Shown here piece by piece: positions 56,432 through 64,000 of a DNA stretch of 64,000 nt (position 1 is the first letter of the stretch; the number at the start of each line of letters is the position of its first letter). The position numbers were made by a program, and so were the translations under genes. Below the pieces are notes generated by a model. The model ran no database searches, was not told the DNA's origin, and worked only from the letters and a program-made list of their open reading frames with translations. The DNA is from Octopus vulgaris (taxonomy: Eukaryota), in assembly GCA_951406725.2 (NCBI GenBank), contig OX597832.1, positions 59,396,001 through 59,460,000 of the forward strand, read 5' to 3'.

Positions 56432-56832
56432 TACTCTTACTCTTTTACTCTTTTACTTGTTTCAGTCATTTGACTGCAGCCATGCTGGAGCACCACCTTT
56501 AGTCGAGCAAATCGACCCTGGGACTTATTCTTTGTAAGCCCAGTACTTATTCTATCGGTCTCTTTTGCCGAACCGCTAAGTGACGGGGACGTAAACACAC
56601 CAGCATCGGTTGTCAAGCAATGCTAGAGGGAAAAACACAGACAAGCAAACATATACACACACATAAATAAATATACATATATACGACAGGCTTCTTTCGG
56701 TTTCCGTCTACCAAATCCACTCACAAGGCTTTGGTCGGCCCGAGGCTATAGCAGAAGACACTTGCCCAAGATGCCACGCAGTGGGACTGAACCCGGAACC
56801 ATGTGGCTGGTTAGCAAGCTAATTACCACACA
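56432..56832 (-). mobile_element. SINE family A, near full length
   Basis: Matches the family A body and (TACTCTTT)n tail. Confidence 0.88.
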
Positions 56833-56931
56833 AGTATATATTATATATATGCATGCATATATATATACATACATATAAACATACACAGTCGCAACCATCA
56901 ATCTATCTATCTAAATGTGTGTGTGTATATA

Positions 56932-56987
<56 letters not shown>

Positions 56988-57581
56988 TACACCCAAACGC
57001 TTACAGGGACATACAGATATACATACATATGAACATACACAAACATCGAACTACCTATCTAACACTGTGTATGTATGTGTGTGATAGAAAATTGTACGAA
57101 CGGCATTCTTCATTATAATTCACTACAATTGTTTCGATGCCTTTTACACTTATAGTACATTGGTGAGATGTTATGTAATCATTATCACCCATCCTACATA
57201 TAAATTGCTCCTCCTCAGGTGATTGTTTAAATAAGACCTTCGTTACACCCTACCATCATTTCAATCAGTGTGAGAATGCATGCCCAAAGCAGTGTATCCT
57301 TTTCAGGTGTTTACACACACAAAACAATATCCTGCGAGTGTAAAAATGCGTGAAAACAAATGTAGTTCAGTTTTTAATATAAAAGAATGTCATTCATTCA
57401 ATTTTTTTATCATTTATCTCTTTTCATAAACTGAACAGATGGTATGGAATTCCTGGTGAATATTCAGTAGTAGAAGCATTTCCAATATATGATGACACCA
57501 GGTAACCAATAACTGCGAACGAGCTTTGTACAGCATGATATAAGTTTTTTCTCGAATCTTATTTCACGCTATCTGGTTCCC

Positions 57582-57704
<123 letters not shown>

Positions 57705-57752
57705 TTTTACTCTTTTACTTATTTAGCCATCCGGCTGAGGCCATGCTGGGGC

Positions 57753-57826
<74 letters not shown>

Positions 57827-58367
57827 ATACATACATATATGTATGTGTGCATGTATGTATTATGTATGTATGTATATATGTATATACCAACAGTGTAATG
57901 CATAGATTTTGTCTTCCATGTGTACCAATCTCAGGGCATTGATTACCATAGAAACACTGTCACATATTAGTAAAGACTAACAAGACATGTCATAGCAAAC
58001 CGTAACTCTACAACCGAGAGCCATTACTGCAAACATCATTTCAATATCATATTTAAATTATTCTACATTGAATTGTTAAATTAATTATTCTAAATATTAA
58101 GAGCATCGCTGCACAGATTAAATTAAAACACCTGGACACCTTGCTGCAATTTGGTGAGATTCATTAACGGAACATCTAGTGTATTTTGCTAGTGTATATT
58201 CAAATCCGATTTATTAAGCAAACGCAAAACTATATCAGATGCTTCAAACAAAAAATGGGTCATAGGTATATAGCAGCTAAGATGCCTGCAAGACAAAGGT
58301 ATATAGATGCAAACACATGTATATACACATGTGCGTATACCTATCTATCTATCTATCTATCTATCTT

Positions 58368-58433
<66 letters not shown>

Positions 58434-58590
58434 AATCTACGTATCTATCTGTTTATCTAACTATCTATCCATGTATGTATAGAGTTGGAGACAGTTTGAC
58501 CAAGCAAAAATAAATATCGAAAAAAAAACGCATTTGGACAAACTTGGACATACGACAGTTTAACATAATAATTACGATACACACATACAC

Positions 58591-58633
<43 letters not shown>

Positions 58634-58724
58634 TTATATATACGTATATAAATATGTATGTATATATATATGCATATATATGTATATATATATATATGTA
58701 TATGTATATATCTATCTATCTATC

Positions 58725-58760
<36 letters not shown>

Positions 58761-58771
58761 CGTGGAGAGAG

Positions 58772-58811
<40 letters not shown>

Positions 58812-58957
58812 AATGTTTACATACGCCGCTGTATGTTATATATAAAAATACAATATGGGACAAGAACATAAAACATGCAGAGAGTTAGGTGATGCAAAAA
58901 AGGGACAACAAAACACCCAGATAGACGATACAAAGAAAACAAGGACGAGTCATTCCG

Positions 58958-59052
58958 AGTTCTCTTTCCTCACTCGAGTTCCAGATTATGTTTGCAATTT
59001 CGGCTGGTTATACTCGAGATTGCTCCAATCTGGCCAGCCCCAAGGAAAAACT
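58958..59052 (-). ncRNA. Candidate non-circularly permuted hammerhead-like RNA (family P, most complete copy; C3G)
   Basis: AGUUUUU ccuugg GGCUGG CCAGAUU gga GCAAU C^ UCGAGU auaa CCAGCC GAAA UUGC aaacau AAUCUGG a ACUCGA GUGAGGA aa GAGAACU. Five helices, with compensatory changes relative to the 29665-29748 copy. Confidence 0.65.
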
Positions 59053-59323
59053 AAGCTAAGAACATTAGATTCTTTGGAAGAAAGCAGCGAATGTATACGA
59101 AAACAAGGACGGGAAAAAACGGCGAAAGTTACACAAATGCAAATAACAACAGATGTCTATCGACTAAGGACGAACTAAATTAAGCTGGCGTGTGTAGAAG
59201 TGAAGCCTTACGGCAAGGACATAAGAGATGACAGGCATGGGGAAGAATATCGATATTCCTGCCTGTGCCTGTGAAATCTATTTTGTATTATGTAACTGTC
59301 TGGATGTTTTGCGTTCCTATCCC

Positions 59324-59354
<31 letters not shown>

Positions 59355-59849
59355 AATAAAATACAAACTGGGACAAGAACGCAAAACATTTAGAATGCGA
59401 TACAAAAAACACGGACGGAACATTCAGTCAAGAACCGGATCATCATCGCAATTTCGGCTGATTAATCTTGAGATTGCTCTGATCTGGCCAACCCCAAAGG
59501 AAAATCTAAGCCTCGAATGTATACAAAACAAGGACGGAAAAACGGACGATGTTACACGAATAAGAATACAAAAATACGTAAAAACAATAATGATAATAAT
59601 AATAACAAAAACAGGACGTCACAGACATATATATATATAACCATCCATCCACTACTGGTTGCATTGCCTTGGCTTTTTTCACACTTTTGCACACTCCATC
59701 TCACATTACAACTATTAAGTAAGCGCTTTCTCTCCTTAGTTGTCTGTAGATTTTGTACTCCATGTAAATATGTTCTCTTCATATATTAACATCGATACGC
59801 TCTCACGTGTATGTTCTTCTGGTGAATATTTTCAATTTCCACCTCACTT

Positions 59850-60001
<152 letters not shown>

Positions 60002-60002
60002 C

Positions 60003-60062
<60 letters not shown>

Positions 60063-60293
60063 ACACACATATATATGCATGCATATGTACGTATATTTCA
60101 CATATCAATCCCAAGCGTTTTTCTTTCGTTATCTTTCGCTTTCTGTGTGTGAGTGTGTGTGTGTATAATGTTGCTGTGGATGTATACATGTATACATCTA
60201 TATTTATTCATATTTTTGTATAGTCACACCGACACTCAATTTGGGTATGTATAGATATGTTTGTGGTTGCGCACGTTATTGTTCATGTGTGTG

Positions 60294-60342
<49 letters not shown>

Positions 60343-60460
60343 GTGAGTTGTTAGATGAATATCTATATATTGCTTCATATATTCGCGTGAATATACATGC
60401 ATAAAAACACAACTTATATAAAGATATGCACATTTTACATACATACATAAATACATATAT

Positions 60461-60537
<77 letters not shown>

Positions 60538-60631
60538 GTGTGTGTCTGTGTACAGAGATTCCTCTACTAAATTTATCTTATATATATATGCATGTATATA
60601 TACATATATAAATATGTATATATATATATAC

Positions 60632-60681
<50 letters not shown>

Positions 60682-60685
60682 ATGT

Positions 60686-60722
<37 letters not shown>

Positions 60723-60830
60723 TGTATATATATATATATAAGTATATGCAAATGAAATTATTTATATATATTTATATAAGTATATATATTTATATACACC
60801 CTGATACAAACTTGCAGACTCACACATATA

Positions 60831-60873
<43 letters not shown>

Positions 60874-61384
60874 CTATGTGCGTGCGCAAACATATCTATA
60901 GTTAGAGAGAAGTGATAGTAATCTAGCATTAAATATTCATTATGGACATAAATTTCTTATATCCTTACATTACTATCTACATATAACCTGCGGCTTTACG
61001 AAGCTATCGTATTCAATGTATGTATGGATATAATTATTTCTCAGTCTTACAACAAATATGGCGGAAACAGTGAAGTTACTGATTTCACTGATTCTGTCTT
61101 TCAATAATATGTGCTGAATACCCAAAGACCTATGATACTGAAGACACTGGCATTTCGTGTTTTGGGTGTTATTTACCCAACATATTTCTCGACGTCGTAT
61201 ACAGGTGCAGTTCTTTGCAGCATAGTGGTACCGGGCTCGGTCCCACTGCGTGTCATCTTCTACAAGTGCACCTTCTGTTGCCTCTGACTTACCAATTTCT
61301 TCTGAATGAATCTTGTGGACATAGTCGGCATGGACGCCGTTCGTATACATATTTACATATGTACATACATATATGTATATGTAT

Positions 61385-61424
<40 letters not shown>

Positions 61425-61452
61425 TCTATATATATATATATATATATATATA

Positions 61453-61813
61453 CAGGAGTGGCTGTGTGGTAAGTAGCTTGCTAACCAACCACACGGTTGC
61501 GGGTTCAGTCCCACTACGTGGCACCTTGGGCAAGTGTCTTCTGCTATAGCCCCGGGCCGACCAATGCCTTGTGAGTGGATTTGGTAGACGGAAACTGAAA
61601 GAAGCCTGTTGTATATATGTATATATATGTATATGTGTGTGTGTTTGTGTGTCTGTGTTTGTCTCCCTAGCATTGCTTGACAACCGATGCTGGTGTGTTT
61701 ACGTCCCCGTCACTTAGCGGTTCGGCAAAAAGAGACCGATAGAATAAGTACTAAAGGTGGTGCTCCAGCATGGCCGCAGTCAAATGACTGAAACAAAGTA
61801 AAAGAGTAAAAGA
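61453..61813 (+). mobile_element. SINE family A, internally deleted subfamily
   Basis: Shares the deletion and the diagnostic CCACACGGTTGCGGG with 22208-22562. Confidence 0.88.
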
Positions 61814-61929
61814 GAGAGAGTATATATTTAATTAAAAAATGAAGGAAAGAAAAACAAAAAAAAGAAGAAGAAAGCGTAGCATAAACAATGTATTAATATG
61901 AAGCTCAGGGAAGGGAAAGTATAGTAGCT

Positions 61930-61963
61930 ATTTCATATTCGAGCATCGCTCCTCTTCAGAAAA
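61930..61963 (-). ncRNA. Degenerate minimal hammerhead (family H1)
   Basis: Minus strand reads tttt CTGAAGA g GAGC gat GCTC GAA; stem III is decayed. Confidence 0.4.
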
Positions 61964-62199
61964 CAAGCAAAACATGGAAGTCCAAAGGCAAGAAGAAAGG
62001 AGGAAAAAGCCTTAATAATGAACGTGCAGTTACATATATATATATATATATAGTCCGATGGCATTTATAGTGTTAAACACTTTCGTTATGCAAATTAGCG
62101 ACCCGTTCACATTTGTTACATTTGTTACATTCACTACATTTGTTGAGTATATAAAGTTTGGCTTCTTGTTTCTCTGGAGACTGTCAGAATGTTGTAGAC

Positions 62200-62242
62200 G
62201 CCTCCGATGAGAACCCAATATATTTCGAAAATCGATTCAGGT
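62200..62242 (+). ncRNA. Type I hammerhead motif (U4C variant)
   Basis: gcct CCGATGA gaa cccaatatat ttc GAAA ATCGAT TC aggt, with palindromic stem III AATCGATT. Confidence 0.6.
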
Positions 62243-62474
62243 TGTTCTTCGTTTTTGCAGTCCGCGGAGAAATAGATAAAAAAGCCATGTTTATAATCAT
62301 ACCATAAGTTATATATACATATTCATAAATATATATATATACATATAATTAATTAATAAGGGTGAGAGAATTAGATACTAATTTAATAGTATATTTATTC
62401 CACACCAAGTGGCCTAGTGCTACGAGAAACCTGGATTATTATAATATTTTATAACATATTATAATATTTTCACA

Positions 62475-62891
62475 AAATAAATATAAGAGAGTGTTCACTA
62501 TATTGATCACTCTAGCACCAGTTAATCCAAGAGGTTTCAACCACTAAAAATACATGTTTCCCATGAAAGCCGGTACGACTGTTGGCTCACACGGACAGGG
62601 CAAATAAAAGATAACAAAAATACAGATTATTTTGGGACAATTGTTTCGCTATTAATGAATTAAATGTAATAAATGTAATTAAATGTATTAAATGTAATTA
62701 CATTTAATTCATTAATAGCGAAACAATTGTCCCAAAATAATCTGTATTTTTGTTATCTTTTATTTGCCCTGTCCGTGTGAGCCAACAGTCGTACCGGCTT
62801 TCATGGGAAACATGTATTTTTAGTGGTTGAAACCTCTTGGATTAACTGGTGCTAGAGTGATCAATATAGTGAACATCTCTTATATTTATTT
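62475..62891. repeat. Near-perfect palindrome (~195-bp arms, ~26-bp spacer)
   Basis: 62475-62670 versus 62697-62891, with only a small indel near the outer end. The spacer consists of AAATGTA(A/T)T(T/A) units. Confidence 0.95.
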
Positions 62892-62984
62892 ATATATACA
62901 TATACACATTCATATATGTATATATATATATGTATGTGTAAATACATATATACCTACATATATGTACTTGTGTATGTATATATG

Positions 62985-63042
<58 letters not shown>

Positions 63043-63069
63043 CATATATATATATACATACATATATAC

Positions 63070-63177
<108 letters not shown>

Positions 63178-63315
63178 TTAGCAATTAAGGACAACTACTT
63201 AATAAGGAAAACTTAACAAGAAATTGTCAGGTAGATAGCGTGAAAGACCTCATAAGAGAAAAAAATTTCGAAAATAATTATTTCTTATTGAACATATTAA
63301 TTTATATATAGAGGG

Positions 63316-63536
63316 AATTATACATACATGCCAGAGGGCATTATACATACATGCCACACGCTAAGAGGGACAATTAGTCATTTCTACCAAAAATTTTACT
63401 AATCCCACCGAATGCAATTTTTCAAAGTAAGACATTTAAAATCGGTGGGATTAGTAAAATTTTTGGTAGAAATGACTAATTGTCCCTCTTAGCGTGTAGC
63501 ATGTATGTATAATGCCCTCTGGCATGTATGTATAAT

Positions 63537-63537
<1 letters not shown>
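63316..63537. repeat. Near-perfect inverted repeat (96-bp arms, 30-bp spacer)
   Basis: 63316-63411 versus 63442-63537, with one mismatch seen. Confidence 0.95.
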
Positions 63538-63577
<40 letters not shown>

Positions 63578-63942
63578 TGTGGAAGTACTCCATCGGTTAC
63601 GACGACGAGGGTTCCGGTTGATCCGATCAACGGAAGAGCCTGCTCGTGAAATTAACGTGTAAGTGGCTGAGCACTCCACAAACACGTGTACCCTTAACGT
63701 AGTTCTCGGGGATATTCAGCGTGACACAGAGAGTGACAAGGCCGGCCCTTTGAAATACAGGTACAACAGAAACAGGAAGTAAGAGTGAGAGAAAGTTGTG
63801 GTGAAAGAGTACAGCAGGGATCACCACCATCCCCTGCCGGAGCCTCGTGGAGCTTTATGTGTTTTCGCTCAATATACACTCACAAACCGCGATCCTAAGA
63901 CCGCGAGTCCGCTGCCCTAACCACTGGGCCATTACGCCTCCA
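63578..63942 (-). mobile_element. SINE family C (small deletion in head)
   Basis: Matches 54271-54654 except for loss of the B-box segment near 63885. Confidence 0.88.
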
Positions 63943-64000
63943 TACACACATATATATAATATACATATATAAATGCACATATATATACATACGTGTATAT

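Overview
This 64 kb window is eukaryotic, AT-rich and saturated with microsatellites. It is most consistent with an octopod cephalopod genome, an inference from the repeat content only. I found no supportable host protein-coding exon, and nearly all ORFs in the track are translated simple repeats. Real coding sequence is limited to transposons: an uninterrupted Tc1 DD34E transposase (4476-5522, IR/DR ends), a 5'-truncated but open CR1/L2-group LINE ORF2 (40382-43033, minus), and decayed Tc1 (DD36E-like), maT-like and RTE-like fragments. Three abundant SINE families, Tigger and hAT MITEs and a non-autonomous Helitron fill much of the rest. The most notable signal is non-coding: a set of short Penelope/retrozyme-like elements, mostly embedded in (TA)n and other simple repeats, carrying hammerhead ribozyme (HHR) motifs. 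It includes (i) a 396-nt-unit element with a canonical HHR whose 5' end lies 2 nt from the predicted cleavage site, (ii) a repeat family with a covariation-supported, non-circularly permuted hammerhead-like fold, (iii) a tRNA-headed SINE carrying an HHR, and (iv) several large fold-back palindromes that look like inverted insertions of such elements. All RNA structures were inferred by eye and are untested.
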